In this document: piece after piece, positions 40,566 to 50,320 of the stretch
How positions within the stretch are numbered: the first letter of the stretch is position 1
How the letters are laid out: the number at the start of each line of letters is the position of its first letter
Source of the DNA: a virus
Lineage: Duplodnaviria > Caudoviricetes
Strand: one strand, 5' to 3'
Virus record (IMG/VR): IMGVR_UViG_3300032047_000009
Span: 1-61,578 of that record
DNA length: 61,578 nucleotides
Made by a program: the position numbers and the translations under genes
The notes under the pieces: model-generated
Databases searched by the model: none
What the model was told of the DNA's origin: nothing
The model's input: only the letters and a program-made list of their open reading frames with translations

Positions 40566-40778
40566 ATGGCAAATATGAGTTACTGCAGGTTTGAAAACAC
40601 TGCAAAAGCATTACAAGACTGTGTAAACGCTATACAGGATAGAGAAATAGATAATTTAAGTACTTACGAAGTAAATGGCTTAGCGGAAATACAACTGCTT
40701 GCTATGGATATAGTAGCTTTACAAGACGAAATAGGTGAAATAATAGATCATAATAAAGAAAGATATATTACAGATTAA
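40566..40778 (+). CDS. Hypothetical protein
   Basis: MANMSYCRFENTAKALQDC. Confidence 0.7.
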   Translation: MANMSYCRFENTAKALQDCVNAIQDREIDNLSTYEVNGLAEIQLLAMDIVALQDEIGEIIDHNKERYITD

Positions 40779-40799
40779 TAACTTTAGTAAACATATAAT
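40771..40799 (+). promoter_or_regulatory. Early promoter P7
   Basis: CAGATT-17-TATAAT with the conserved AC at +11/12. Confidence 0.65.
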
Positions 40800-40805
40800 A
40801 TATAT

Positions 40806-41291
40806 ATGAATATATTTTATCTACATAAAGACCCAGCAGAAGCGGCTAAACTACAATACAATAAACACGTAGTAAAAATGATTTTAGAATCAGCACAAAT
40901 GTTATGTACAACACATCACGCACTTGGCAATGGACACAACGCGCCTTATAAAAAGGCTCACTTAAACCACCCTTCAACTATTTGGGTTAGAGAAAATGCT
41001 TTGCATTATGATTGGCTTTGGAACCATATGGTTGCTTTAGGACGAGAGTATACTAAACGTTACGGTAAACACCATTTGTCAATACAAAAAATGATAGACT
41101 ATGAGATGTGGTCATATCCATATAATATACCTTATAAATCATTCGAAGAACCTCCTCAGTGTATGCCTGATCAGTACAAACACAAAAGTGCTATACACGC
41201 TTATTGGCAGTATTATATTGCAGAAAAAAGTAATGTAGCTCACGAATCAGAAAATATATACAAAAGTATTCCAAGCTTTATACAGACATAA
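40806..41291 (+). CDS. Pyrimidine-dimer DNA glycosylase family protein
   Basis: MNIFYL..KHVVKMILESAQML..YKKAHLNHPSTIW..EYTKRYGKHH..PPQCMPDQY. Confidence 0.75.
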   Translation: MNIFYLHKDPAEAAKLQYNKHVVKMILESAQMLCTTHHALGNGHNAPYKKAHLNHPSTIWVRENALHYDWLWNHMVALGREYTKRYGKHHLSIQKMIDYEMWSYPYNIPYKSFEEPPQCMPDQYKHKSAIHAYWQYYIAEKSNVAHESENIYKSIPSFIQT

Positions 41292-41311
41292 AACAAACAG
41301 AAACATATAAT
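41283..41311 (+). promoter_or_regulatory. Early promoter P8
   Basis: CAGACA-17-TATAAT. Confidence 0.8.
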
Positions 41312-41317
41312 AATAAT

Positions 41318-41506
41318 ATGAATATTGAACCAATAGATGCTGAAAGCATTAGGCGAGCTTTTTTAGAAATTAATACTAGTTCAGAATATATTTTTAACGA
41401 GTATATATCGTCAGGTGTTAGTGACAAAAGGCTGTTAAACTATCTTGAATTAACATGCGATAACTTACAAGAGTTATTGTTTAAAATACAAAAAAAGTAT
41501 GAATAA
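41318..41506 (+). CDS. Hypothetical protein
   Basis: 62 aa after P8. Confidence 0.55.
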   Translation: MNIEPIDAESIRRAFLEINTSSEYIFNEYISSGVSDKRLLNYLELTCDNLQELLFKIQKKYE

Positions 41507-41849
41507 TAAAAACAAAGTATTAAAACATTATGGTGCAAATATTACAGATGTTTGGAATAATGTAGATCATGTAGACATGGTATTTGAATCTGTGTACACT
41601 GCAGATAGTTATAATGTTTACTGGATGCACGAGCCTAGTGATATGGCTTTTAACCCTGAAAGTATATTTTATTATGCAAGTAGTTGTTCTGATGATATAA
41701 AAAACTGTATTAAAGATGGTTTAAGCTTGTTTGTTGATTCAGAAATATATGATGAGTGTTACTTTGATGACGAGTTCGAAGATATGTGGGACGATATAAA
41801 AAACGAACGTGATTCACCATTTGTTTCATATCACGAAAACAAAAAATAA
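41499..41849 (+). CDS. Acidic hypothetical protein
   Basis: 116 aa, D/E-rich. Confidence 0.6.
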   Translation: MNNKNKVLKHYGANITDVWNNVDHVDMVFESVYTADSYNVYWMHEPSDMAFNPESIFYYASSCSDDIKNCIKDGLSLFVDSEIYDECYFDDEFEDMWDDIKNERDSPFVSYHENKK

Positions 41850-41987
41850 TGTTGTTAGATGCAAAAAAATATCAAATAGATCTGTTAATCAAAACAACTG
41901 AAATTGATCAAATCTGGGCCATGTATAAAGACCTGGGAGACCGAGAGTCGGTCGAATATATTGAAAATAAATATAAAATTAATTAAT

Positions 41988-42191
41988 ATGAGAAAATTTA
42001 GTAGGTACAAACAAAACTTATCAAGAGTTGGTAATAAAATATACTCTTACAGTACAAACGTAGCAACCGTTGAATATCCTAATTTAGTACAACATGGCTG
42101 GTGGAGTGTAACAACACAAAAACATATAAATTTCGTAGCAAGAGAATTAAACTTAAATATAATTAAAGATTATGGACATCAAAACGATTAA
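41988..42191 (+). CDS. Hypothetical protein
   Basis: ATG at 41988: MRKFSRYKQNL..IYSYSTNVA..WWSVTTQKHIN. Confidence 0.6.
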   Translation: MRKFSRYKQNLSRVGNKIYSYSTNVATVEYPNLVQHGWWSVTTQKHINFVARELNLNIIKDYGHQND

Positions 42192-42396
42192 ACATTTAAC
42201 ACAAGAAACTCAGCCTTATTTTTTCGATGAAAAAACTATGCAATTTTTTAATCAAAAATTATCTGATTTTACTATCGAACAACTAACATCAACAACATAT
42301 TTAATATCTGCACCAACTTATTGGGACGGTCATTTGATGGGTTATACAAAAAGAGTATTTAATACGGAGACTAACGATTTAGAACAAACAGATTAA
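42172..42396 (+). CDS. Hypothetical protein
   Basis: PYFFDEKTMQFF motif; 74 aa. Confidence 0.6.
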   Translation: MDIKTIKHLTQETQPYFFDEKTMQFFNQKLSDFTIEQLTSTTYLISAPTYWDGHLMGYTKRVFNTETNDLEQTD

Positions 42397-42397
42397 A

Positions 42398-42583
42398 ATG
42401 GATTTAACATTAGAAGAACAAGATTACTATAAGTTATTAGATGAACTTCGTTTTGTTATAAGTGAAGTTAAAGACGAACAAATAACTAAAGATGAATTTA
42501 TAGATACAATTGAAGATATTTATAAAGAAAATTATTATACAAATTATTTAAAGCTTGCTAAAAAAGTACATAAAAATGTTTAA
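42398..42583 (+). CDS. Hypothetical protein
   Basis: 61 aa, acidic. Confidence 0.55.
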   Translation: MDLTLEEQDYYKLLDELRFVISEVKDEQITKDEFIDTIEDIYKENYYTNYLKLAKKVHKNV

Positions 42584-42926
42584 ATATTTACATATAGTAC
42601 TGATAATCAGTGAGTTAGTTACAGCTACAATATATCACGCTGTGCCTGCTCAAACTGATGACACACCTTTTATAACAGCTAGTAACTCTAAAATAAATCC
42701 TGAAAATCCACAGGGTCATAGGTGGATAGCTGTATCGAGAGATCTTGAAGCTTTAGGTTATACCTTTGGCACAAAAGTATGTGTTGAAGGAACTGGTATT
42801 TTTGATGGAGATTGGATTGTTCAAGATCGCATGAATAAAAGATGGAAAAAACGTATAGATTTTTTAGTTAATGAAGAAATAAAATATGGTAAATGGCAAA
42901 ATGTAAAAATAGAAATAGTATATTAG
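42576..42926 (+). CDS. 3D-domain (MltA-like) peptidoglycan lytic enzyme
   Basis: Hydrophobic N-terminus; TIYHAVPAQTDDTPFITAS, WIAVSRDL, FGTKV, VQDRM, RIDF. Confidence 0.75.
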   Translation: MFKYLHIVLIISELVTATIYHAVPAQTDDTPFITASNSKINPENPQGHRWIAVSRDLEALGYTFGTKVCVEGTGIFDGDWIVQDRMNKRWKKRIDFLVNEEIKYGKWQNVKIEIVY

Positions 42927-42946
42927 CGTGTATAGCAAACGCGATA

Positions 42947-42975
42947 CAGACTAAAAACGACACATTTTGGATAAT
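42947..42975 (+). promoter_or_regulatory. Early promoter P9
   Basis: CAGACT-17-GATAAT with the conserved AC. Confidence 0.6.
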
Positions 42976-43215
42976 ATAAACGATGATAAATTAGATAAAT
43001 TAGCTGAATTAATAATTGATAAGTTATTTGAAAAGCACAATCAATGGTATTTAATTGCAGAAAGAGAAGATCAACTTTTAGGCGAATTAGCTAGATTACA
43101 TACTATTATGGCTATGCACGAGCACAATGAAGAATATATGAAAGCTGCAGTTATTAAAAATAAAATTGATATTTTAGAACATCGTATTGATAAGTTAAAC
43201 GGAATCAAAGATTAA
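42967..43215 (+). CDS. Hypothetical protein with a UVR-like C-terminus (start uncertain)
   Basis: EEYMKAAVIKNKIDIL; the TTG start overlaps P9. Confidence 0.5.
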   Translation: MDNINDDKLDKLAELIIDKLFEKHNQWYLIAEREDQLLGELARLHTIMAMHEHNEEYMKAAVIKNKIDILEHRIDKLNGIKD

Positions 43216-43315
43216 AATAATTTTCATAGAAAATTTATGTTTTATTAGTTAATGTTTAGTTTTGGTTATACACGTATTGAGGGTTTAATAATCTTTGACT
43301 CAATACAAACCAAAA

Positions 43316-43361
43316 TGTGACAATAGGGAATAAGATAATAATAATACAGGCTAATGTCACA
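43316..43361. promoter_or_regulatory. Spaced inverted-repeat site B (TGTGACA-N32-TGTCACA)
   Basis: Right arm overlaps the ATG of the HTH gene. Confidence 0.6.
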
Positions 43362-43998
43362 TTTGAGAATGAATTTTTTATTTTCAAACAGAATAATTAC
43401 TAGAAGGTATCCTGTTTTAGATAAACCTACACATGTTTTTGATTGGGGTTGGTTTTATGAAAACGGCACTTATGAATATTATTCTCTGTTTTCGTATGAA
43501 AAATCTATTATAAGAAGTTATAGATCTTTAAAATGGCACCTTTTAGTTATAAGGTATTTAAATGATAATTTAGAAAACAAAATGTTTGAAAAAATAGCAA
43601 AACATATATCAAAAAAGAAAAATGGTTTTACAACTTTTGATATTGATGATAGCAGTTTTATTAGAATAATGAACGAAATATTGAACCATGATTTTGAGTT
43701 TGCACCTAAGAATAAAAGACGTAAAGTAATATTTAAAGATGGTTGTGGTTTAACAAAAAGTCAAAAATTAAGCATAACAGGAAAATTAATAGGAAGAAAA
43801 AATAGTGTCAATAATAGTGACCTATATGAAATAATGTTATATATTCATGATACAAGTGAAAAAATAACAATAAAAAAGCTTGCAAAAGCTTTAAATGTTT
43901 CTTCAAGAACAATACATAGAAATATGGATTTGAACTTGAAAACAGAAAAAAACCTATTAAATGAAGAATTACAACGTAGAAAACTATGTGCGTTATAA
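43354..43998 (+). CDS. C-terminal HTH DNA-binding protein (regulator or replication-initiator-like)
   Basis: ITIKKLAKALNVSSRTIHRN. Confidence 0.65.
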   Translation: MSHLRMNFLFSNRIITRRYPVLDKPTHVFDWGWFYENGTYEYYSLFSYEKSIIRSYRSLKWHLLVIRYLNDNLENKMFEKIAKHISKKKNGFTTFDIDDSSFIRIMNEILNHDFEFAPKNKRRKVIFKDGCGLTKSQKLSITGKLIGRKNSVNNSDLYEIMLYIHDTSEKITIKKLAKALNVSSRTIHRNMDLNLKTEKNLLNEELQRRKLCAL

Positions 43999-44719
43999 AA
44001 GAGATTACAGCGTATGTGAATTAGAAGATAAACCTTGGATAAAATATACAAGAGACGAATTAATTATAGTACTTATGCCATACGCAGAAAAATTATGTAG
44101 ACAGTTTTCAACAGCAGATAGAGCTTCTGGTGTTATGAGCATGTTAGATATTATGCAAGAGGCTTTTTATGGTTTAACTGCTGCTGTAGATCGTATTGAC
44201 TGGTCTTTGATTATAAATAAAGATGTTGAAGAAGACGTTAGAAAACAAATTAAAGGTTTTGTTAAAAAAAGAATTTTAGGTTCTGCTAGAAGAAATATAG
44301 ACATGAATAGAGGCGATATTAGGATACCAGAACATAAGTTAAACGAAATAAGACGTTCTGATGGTAGAGATAAAAAAATGATACAAATGTTTTTTAACTC
44401 TGTTTTTCTAAGTATGGACGATGAAAATGATAAAAGAACAACAAATGATTTTGAAGATAAATCTATTTTGTATAATATTAATATTCTTAACAAATATATA
44501 TTATCTTTGATGAAACAACATTTGAACGATAAAGAGTATGATGTGTTACGCATGAGCTTTGGATTAGATTGTGATAAAATTCCTGCTAAAAAAATAGCTG
44601 AACTTTTAGAAATTAAAGGTGTTGCTGACTTTGTAAGGGTTTCACAAATAAAAAGAGAAGCTATAGATAAGCTTATAGATAATATAGATCCTGATCAAAT
44701 AATAGATTTTTTAAATTAA
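43961..44719 (+). CDS. Phage sigma70-family sigma factor
   Basis: Region 2 LDIMQEAFYGLTAAVDRID and IRIPEHKLNE; region 4 LNDKEYDVLRMSFGL..IAELL..RVSQIKREAIDKL. Confidence 0.85.
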   Translation: MKNYNVENYVRYKRDYSVCELEDKPWIKYTRDELIIVLMPYAEKLCRQFSTADRASGVMSMLDIMQEAFYGLTAAVDRIDWSLIINKDVEEDVRKQIKGFVKKRILGSARRNIDMNRGDIRIPEHKLNEIRRSDGRDKKMIQMFFNSVFLSMDDENDKRTTNDFEDKSILYNINILNKYILSLMKQHLNDKEYDVLRMSFGLDCDKIPAKKIAELLEIKGVADFVRVSQIKREAIDKLIDNIDPDQIIDFLN

Positions 44720-44733
44720 TTAAATACTTATAT

Positions 44734-45168
44734 ATGAATACCCAGAAAACCAAATCCCAAATTTTAAATGAGTTATATAAAAAATATAACTTACACGACC
44801 AAGACACTTTTAAATCCCCTCAAGGTTGGACAATAATAACTAGGTCAGGCATTGATAAAATTCAAGCTGTTGCAGACATAGATATTACTTATAAGCTTGA
44901 GGAATATACCCCTGGTAAATCCGCGGCAGTATTAGCACACTCAAAATGGAATAACAGAACTCTTGAAACCTTTGGCGAGGCTAATGAAAAAAACTGTAGA
45001 CAAAGTTATGTATTAGCTATGGCTGAGAAAAGAGCAATGTCACGTATTGTATTAAAACTAACTGGTTTTTATGCTTTAGGAATTTTTGGACAAGATGAAT
45101 CTGAAGATTTTATTGATGCGTCTAAATACAAAAAAATAGTTGATGGAGTTAAAAGAAACAAACTATGA
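44734..45168 (+). CDS. Putative single-strand annealing recombinase
   Basis: IITRSGIDKI, ETFGEA, AMAEKRAMSR..GQDE; next to exonuclease and SSB. Confidence 0.5.
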   Translation: MNTQKTKSQILNELYKKYNLHDQDTFKSPQGWTIITRSGIDKIQAVADIDITYKLEEYTPGKSAAVLAHSKWNNRTLETFGEANEKNCRQSYVLAMAEKRAMSRIVLKLTGFYALGIFGQDESEDFIDASKYKKIVDGVKRNKL

Positions 45169-45920
45169 ATATAAAACAACATAAAGAGTGGTGCGAGCTT
45201 TTAAGAGAAGATAAATACTATTACGGAGAGTTTGGACAAAAGTTTTTAAGTTACAGCAAAATAGGTACATTGTTGACTAATCCTAATAAGTTTAAAGAAA
45301 CAACAGAAAAAAATGTTAACATGCTTATAGGCGGATATTTACACACAATAATTCTTGAACCTGAAAAAGTTAAAAACTTTAAAATAATAGATGCATCAAC
45401 AAGAAATAATAAGTCATATAAAGAAATATCAGGAGGAGAACTTTGTTTGTTACAACATGAAGCAGACAAAGTAGAATTGCTAAGAGATATTTTAATGAAT
45501 AATGATGTTTGTAAAGATCTTATACATGGTAGTGGAAAAAATTCTAAAAATATAATTTATGAAGAACCTGGTATAGGCGAAATACATGGCAACCTTTGGA
45601 AAGGTAAAGCCGATATATTAAATAAAAACGAAAAGCTTATCATTGATATTAAGACTACTTCAGATATAGAAGGTTTTAAATATAGCGCTCGTAAATTCAA
45701 TTACGACGCTCAAGCTTACATATATAGAATATTATTTGGTTATGATATGATGTTCTTGGCAATAGATAAAAACACACATAAAATTGGTATATTTGAATGT
45801 TCAGAAGATTTTTATAATTTTGGAGAAGACAAAGTTTTAAAAGCTACTGATATGTATGACTTATTTTATAAAACAGAAGGATTTGATCCTTCACAATATT
45901 TTGAAACAAAAACCCTTTAA
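45165..45920 (+). CDS. PD-(D/E)XK exonuclease (RecE/ExoVIII-like)
   Basis: LSYS, IGGYLHTIILEP, WKGKADIL..IIDIKTT..YDAQAYIY. Confidence 0.85.
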   Translation: MNIKQHKEWCELLREDKYYYGEFGQKFLSYSKIGTLLTNPNKFKETTEKNVNMLIGGYLHTIILEPEKVKNFKIIDASTRNNKSYKEISGGELCLLQHEADKVELLRDILMNNDVCKDLIHGSGKNSKNIIYEEPGIGEIHGNLWKGKADILNKNEKLIIDIKTTSDIEGFKYSARKFNYDAQAYIYRILFGYDMMFLAIDKNTHKIGIFECSEDFYNFGEDKVLKATDMYDLFYKTEGFDPSQYFETKTL

Positions 45921-45930
45921 ATTTTAAATT

Positions 45931-46236
45931 ATGGCAAGTATAATAAACTCAAGTATTAATCTTAGTGAAATACCTAAGGAAAAAATTATTAACGGAAAAA
46001 AAGGTAAATATTTACCTATAACAATTACGTTAAACGACGAACAAGATAAATTTGGTAATAATGGACCTATTATCGTTCAACAAACTAAAGAAGAAAGAGA
46101 ATCAAAAGTTGAAAAGAAATATTTAGGTAATGTAAAAGTTGTTTGGACTAATGGAACCAACGTTGAACCAAATAAAGAAATGGCAGCTCCACAGCAAATA
46201 ACTAACGATAATAAAGAAGACGATTTACCATTTTAA
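45931..46236 (+). CDS. Single-stranded DNA-binding protein
   Basis: GKKGKYL..DKFGN..YLGN; acidic DDLPF tail. Confidence 0.75.
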   Translation: MASIINSSINLSEIPKEKIINGKKGKYLPITITLNDEQDKFGNNGPIIVQQTKEERESKVEKKYLGNVKVVWTNGTNVEPNKEMAAPQQITNDNKEDDLPF

Positions 46237-46249
46237 AAACTAAAAATAC

Positions 46250-47974
46250 ATGCACGTTAATGACGTAGAAATCAATGGATTTACGATTGATAATTTTAAT
46301 CAACACAATTTAGATGTTGGCAAAACCCAAGGTATTTGTCCTAACTGCTCGCACAACAGAAAACCTAAAAACAAAAAAAATAAATGTGCTTCATATGATT
46401 GGGAAAGAGGTTTAGGCACCTGTCACAATTGTAATACTACTTTTCAGTTACACACATACCATAGAAAAGGAGAAACAGAAAAAGTGTATGTAAGACCTGA
46501 TGCTATAGATGTAGTTGATCCTGAAGAATTAGGTTCAAAAGTATATCAATGGTTTAATAAAAGAGGAATATCTCAGCAAACTCTTAATGATTTAAACATC
46601 ACTGAGGGTTCTGAGTATATGCCTCAAACAGGTAAACACGAAAACACAATACAGTTCAATTACATAATGGGTAATGAACTAATTAATATAAAATATAGAG
46701 ATGGTCACAAAAATTTTAAGCTTTATAAAGGAGCTGAAAAAATCTTTTATAACATTAATAGTGTTGTTGGATTTGATCAGGTATATATTGTTGAAGGAGA
46801 AATGGATGTTCTTTCGTTCCACGAGGCGGGCATATTCAATGTGGTTAGTGTACCTAACGGTGCTACGATCAACAATAATAATCTTGATTATCTTGATAAT
46901 TGCATTGATTATTTTTTAGACAAAGAAAAAATTATAATAGCTGTTGATCAAGATGAAGCTGGAGAAGCTTTACAACAAGAATTAATTAGAAGACTTGGAG
47001 CTGAAATATGCTACATTATTAACTTTGATGATGTTAAAGATGCAAATGAATACTTATTAAAATATGGAAAAGAAAAATTACGAGAAACAGCGTTTAATCC
47101 AAAACCAGTACCTCTTGAAAATGTTACAACTTTTAAGGACATTGAAAATGAAGTTACCGATTTTGTTAAAAATGGTTTCAAACCTGGTTATCAAATTGGT
47201 ATACGTAATTTTGATGATATTTTTAGTACTTATACTAGTCAGTTTATCACTGTTACTGGCATACCATCTAGCGGAAAGTCAGACTTCGTTGATCAAATGG
47301 TAGTTGGTTATAATATTAATTACAATTGGAAAACAGCTTTTGCATCACCAGAAAACGCTCCTACATATTTACACGCACATAAAATATTAAGAAAGTTTTG
47401 GCAAGGCATGCCAACCAGACATGATATTAATAGTGAAAAGTGGAATAAATTATCACAACATGTAAATGATAATTTCTTTTTTATTGACATGGAAAGATAT
47501 ACTTTAGAATCAGTATTAAGAAAAGGTGCTGAATTAGTTAAAAGAAAAGGTATAAAGTGTTTAGTTATAGATCCTTTTAATAAAATAAGGGATGTAGATA
47601 CAAAAACAGAAGACGTAAACAGGTATACAATGGAATATTTAACTAAAATAGAGACTTTTTGTAAAAAATATGATACATTAGTATTTATTATAGCACATCC
47701 TACAAAAATGTATAGAGATAAAGAAGGCAATATAGAAGAACCTACAATGTATAATATTAAAGGCGGAGGTGAATGGTATGATGCTTCTTATCACGGTATT
47801 TTAGTTCATAGAGATTATGAAAACAAAACAGTAAAAGCTAAAATTTTAAAAGTAAAATTCCAAAATTTAGGTGAAAACGGAGCTGAGGCAAACTTTACAT
47901 GGGAACCAAAATCAGGAAGTTTTATTCCATTGATAACACAGCAAATTAATGAGAAAGAATTACCGTGGGAATAA
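46250..47974 (+). CDS. Primase-helicase (T7 gp4/Twinkle-like)
   Basis: CPNC/CHNC zinc finger, TOPRIM IVEGEMD and DQDEAG, KDANE, Walker A GIPSSGKS, LVIDPFN, AHP. Confidence 0.92.
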   Translation: MHVNDVEINGFTIDNFNQHNLDVGKTQGICPNCSHNRKPKNKKNKCASYDWERGLGTCHNCNTTFQLHTYHRKGETEKVYVRPDAIDVVDPEELGSKVYQWFNKRGISQQTLNDLNITEGSEYMPQTGKHENTIQFNYIMGNELINIKYRDGHKNFKLYKGAEKIFYNINSVVGFDQVYIVEGEMDVLSFHEAGIFNVVSVPNGATINNNNLDYLDNCIDYFLDKEKIIIAVDQDEAGEALQQELIRRLGAEICYIINFDDVKDANEYLLKYGKEKLRETAFNPKPVPLENVTTFKDIENEVTDFVKNGFKPGYQIGIRNFDDIFSTYTSQFITVTGIPSSGKSDFVDQMVVGYNINYNWKTAFASPENAPTYLHAHKILRKFWQGMPTRHDINSEKWNKLSQHVNDNFFFIDMERYTLESVLRKGAELVKRKGIKCLVIDPFNKIRDVDTKTEDVNRYTMEYLTKIETFCKKYDTLVFIIAHPTKMYRDKEGNIEEPTMYNIKGGGEWYDASYHGILVHRDYENKTVKAKILKVKFQNLGENGAEANFTWEPKSGSFIPLITQQINEKELPWE

Positions 47975-48218
47975 AGGTTATGTTGTCAGATATGGTAAAT
48001 ACACACCAACAGAAGACGAACACAAAGCATATAGATGGTGTATAGCAAATGGAATTATAATATGGCCTGAATCAAAAATGGCCGATGAATGGCGAATTGA
48101 AATTAAGTTAAATAAAAAAAAATATTACTCACCACAGGCTTATAAAAAAATAGAAGTTTGGGAGAAAATGTTTGAATATTACAAATATTATTATAATAAA
48201 TATGAAAAGAAAATATAA
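47949..48218 (+). CDS. Hypothetical protein
   Basis: 89 aa. Confidence 0.55.
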   Translation: MRKNYRGNKGYVVRYGKYTPTEDEHKAYRWCIANGIIIWPESKMADEWRIEIKLNKKKYYSPQAYKKIEVWEKMFEYYKYYYNKYEKKI

Positions 48219-48843
48219 AAACGCAAACGAAGCATATGAAAGTTTATTAGATGAAATAATAATCTATGGTGTTGATTTTGATGATACTAAAGCAATTTTT
48301 AATCGTGGTTTTTATATAACAAATCCACTCGACAACCATATTACTAATAAACAAAGAAAATGGAAATTAGATTATGCCGAAGCTGAGTGGCAGTGGTATT
48401 TGTCAGGAGATCCTAATATTAAAACTTTAGGTGAAATATATGGTAAAATACCTCCTATATGGGAAAAAATGGCTGATACTGATGGGAACGTTAATAGTAA
48501 TTATGGTTGGCAATGGCAACGTAATTATCAACTCGATTACGTTGTTGCTAAACTAAAAGATAATCCGAACACGAGACACGCTGCTTTAACTATATACGAT
48601 TGTAAAGAATTTGAACAATATAGAAACGATACACCTTGTACTTATGCAGTTCAATTTACAATATTAGATAATAAGCTGAATATGTCCGTCTATATGCGTT
48701 CTAATGACATCTGGTACGGCTTTTGCAACGATCAATATCAATTTTCATCATTACAAAAACTAGTTGCAGAAAGGGTTGAAATCAAAGTTGGCTGGTATTA
48801 TCATCACGCACATAATTTACACTTATATAACAATAAACTTTAA
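48202..48843 (+). CDS. Thymidylate-synthase-fold enzyme, dCMP hydroxymethylase (T4 gp42)-like
   Basis: IW..GNVNSNYGW, catalytic DTPCT, MRSNDIWYGFCNDQ (Asp where ThyA has Asn), NLHLY. Confidence 0.8.
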   Translation: MKRKYKNANEAYESLLDEIIIYGVDFDDTKAIFNRGFYITNPLDNHITNKQRKWKLDYAEAEWQWYLSGDPNIKTLGEIYGKIPPIWEKMADTDGNVNSNYGWQWQRNYQLDYVVAKLKDNPNTRHAALTIYDCKEFEQYRNDTPCTYAVQFTILDNKLNMSVYMRSNDIWYGFCNDQYQFSSLQKLVAERVEIKVGWYYHHAHNLHLYNNKL

Positions 48844-48848
48844 AAAAA

Positions 48849-49625
48849 ATGTATTATATTTATCATATTCCAAAAAAAAAAATAGGTGTTACTTCAAACC
48901 CTAAAATAAGAGTAGAAAAAATACAAGGTTATAAACCTAGAGAATATGAAATACTATTAAAAACAGAAGACATAGATGAAGCTTCAAAAAAAGAAATAGA
49001 ATTACAAAAAAAATATGGATACAAAATCGATACTCAATTATATAAGAATCTTAAATTTAATAAAAAAATGAAAATAAACATCACTGAGCAGACAACAACA
49101 TTTCCATTACCAGTTAACAAGTTAAAAGGTAGACTTATGGACCACATTGGATTAAAATGGCAACATCCAGAGTTTGGTACTTTTGAATTAACAAATGAAA
49201 ATATACCTTGGATACAAAAAAATGCTTTATCGTCTCAATACAGTAAAGACAGATGTTATATTTATAACAAAGCTTTTTATGAAGCTTTTCAAGATGAAAG
49301 TCCCGCTGAAACAAAATCACAAACACCTAACAGAGATATATTTCCACTGATAAGAGATTGGGCTAGAAAAAGAGGTATATTTGACAAAGGTAATTCCCAC
49401 ACGCAATATGTTAAATTAATGGAAGAGTCTGGAGAACTAGCTCAGTCTTTATTAAAAAAAGATAAAGAGGGCATAAAAGATGCTATAGGTGACATGGTAG
49501 TTGTTTTAACAAATTTATCACAACTAGAAGGTATGTATATTGAAGATTGTATACAGTTCGCTTATAATGAAATAAAAAACAGAAAAGGCGAAATGTCTAA
49601 CGGAACTTTTGTAAAAAAATTATAA
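48849..49625 (+). CDS. Fusion of an N-terminal GIY-YIG-like segment and a C-terminal MazG-like NTP pyrophosphatase
   Basis: YYIYHI..KIGVTSNPKIRV; WARKRGI..QYVKLMEESGELA..IKDAIGDMVVVL..AYNEIKNRKG. Confidence 0.7.
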   Translation: MYYIYHIPKKKIGVTSNPKIRVEKIQGYKPREYEILLKTEDIDEASKKEIELQKKYGYKIDTQLYKNLKFNKKMKINITEQTTTFPLPVNKLKGRLMDHIGLKWQHPEFGTFELTNENIPWIQKNALSSQYSKDRCYIYNKAFYEAFQDESPAETKSQTPNRDIFPLIRDWARKRGIFDKGNSHTQYVKLMEESGELAQSLLKKDKEGIKDAIGDMVVVLTNLSQLEGMYIEDCIQFAYNEIKNRKGEMSNGTFVKKL

Positions 49626-49626
49626 T

Positions 49627-49869
49627 ATGAATAAAAAAGAAATTAATTTTAGAGATCCTGTTGTAGAACGTGTAGTTGATAAGTTTATTCAAAGATCAAA
49701 CGTTGGTTTTGAAAAATATGGTCAAACTTTAGAAACTGAAAGATTATCTAAAATAAAAAGCTTAAAAGATTATTTAAATGATGTTCAAGAAGAACTAATG
49801 GATGCAATACTATATATACAAGCTGCGCGCGAAGATATTGATGATATATTAAATAAAAAAAATGATTAA
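49627..49869 (+). CDS. Small all-alpha NTP-pyrophosphatase-like protein
   Basis: RSNVGFEKYGQTL..VQEELMDAILY. Confidence 0.55.
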   Translation: MNKKEINFRDPVVERVVDKFIQRSNVGFEKYGQTLETERLSKIKSLKDYLNDVQEELMDAILYIQAAREDIDDILNKKND

Positions 49870-50320
49870 GCGTCATAGGAAAAAAAGTAAAAAAAAAGGT
49901 CCTGTACAGGCTAAAAAAAGCAAATATGATGGGATAATGTTTGCCTCTGGCCTTGAGAAATACATGTATAAAGCTTTAAAACAGGCTAAAATAAAATGTA
50001 AATATGAGGGAGAAACTTTTGTTTTAAATAATGGTTTTTATTTTGAAAACGAATGTTATGAAAGAATGTCTAATGGCAAGGGTGAATTTAAAAATAGAGG
50101 CAAAAAAAGAATATTACCCATAAAATATACACCTGATTTCATAGGTAAAGATTATATTATAGAGTGTAAAGGAAGAGCTAATGAATCTTTTCCAATGAGG
50201 TGGAAAATGTTTAAGCTTTTAGTTAGTATACAGTTTCCTAATTATAAATTGTTTAAACCACAAAATCAAAATGAATGCGACCAAGTAGTCAAAATAATAT
50301 TAGAAACCAAAAAGGTTTAG
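49862..50320 (+). CDS. Endonuclease I-like Holliday junction resolvase (T7 gp3 type)
   Basis: FASGLE, YEGE, YTPDF..IIECKGR. Confidence 0.75.
   Translation: MIKRHRKKSKKKGPVQAKKSKYDGIMFASGLEKYMYKALKQAKIKCKYEGETFVLNNGFYFENECYERMSNGKGEFKNRGKKRILPIKYTPDFIGKDYIIECKGRANESFPMRWKMFKLLVSIQFPNYKLFKPQNQNECDQVVKIILETKKV

Noticed and set aside
48202-48843. Canonical thyA
   Set aside because: The specificity residue is Asp and the motifs follow T4 gp42
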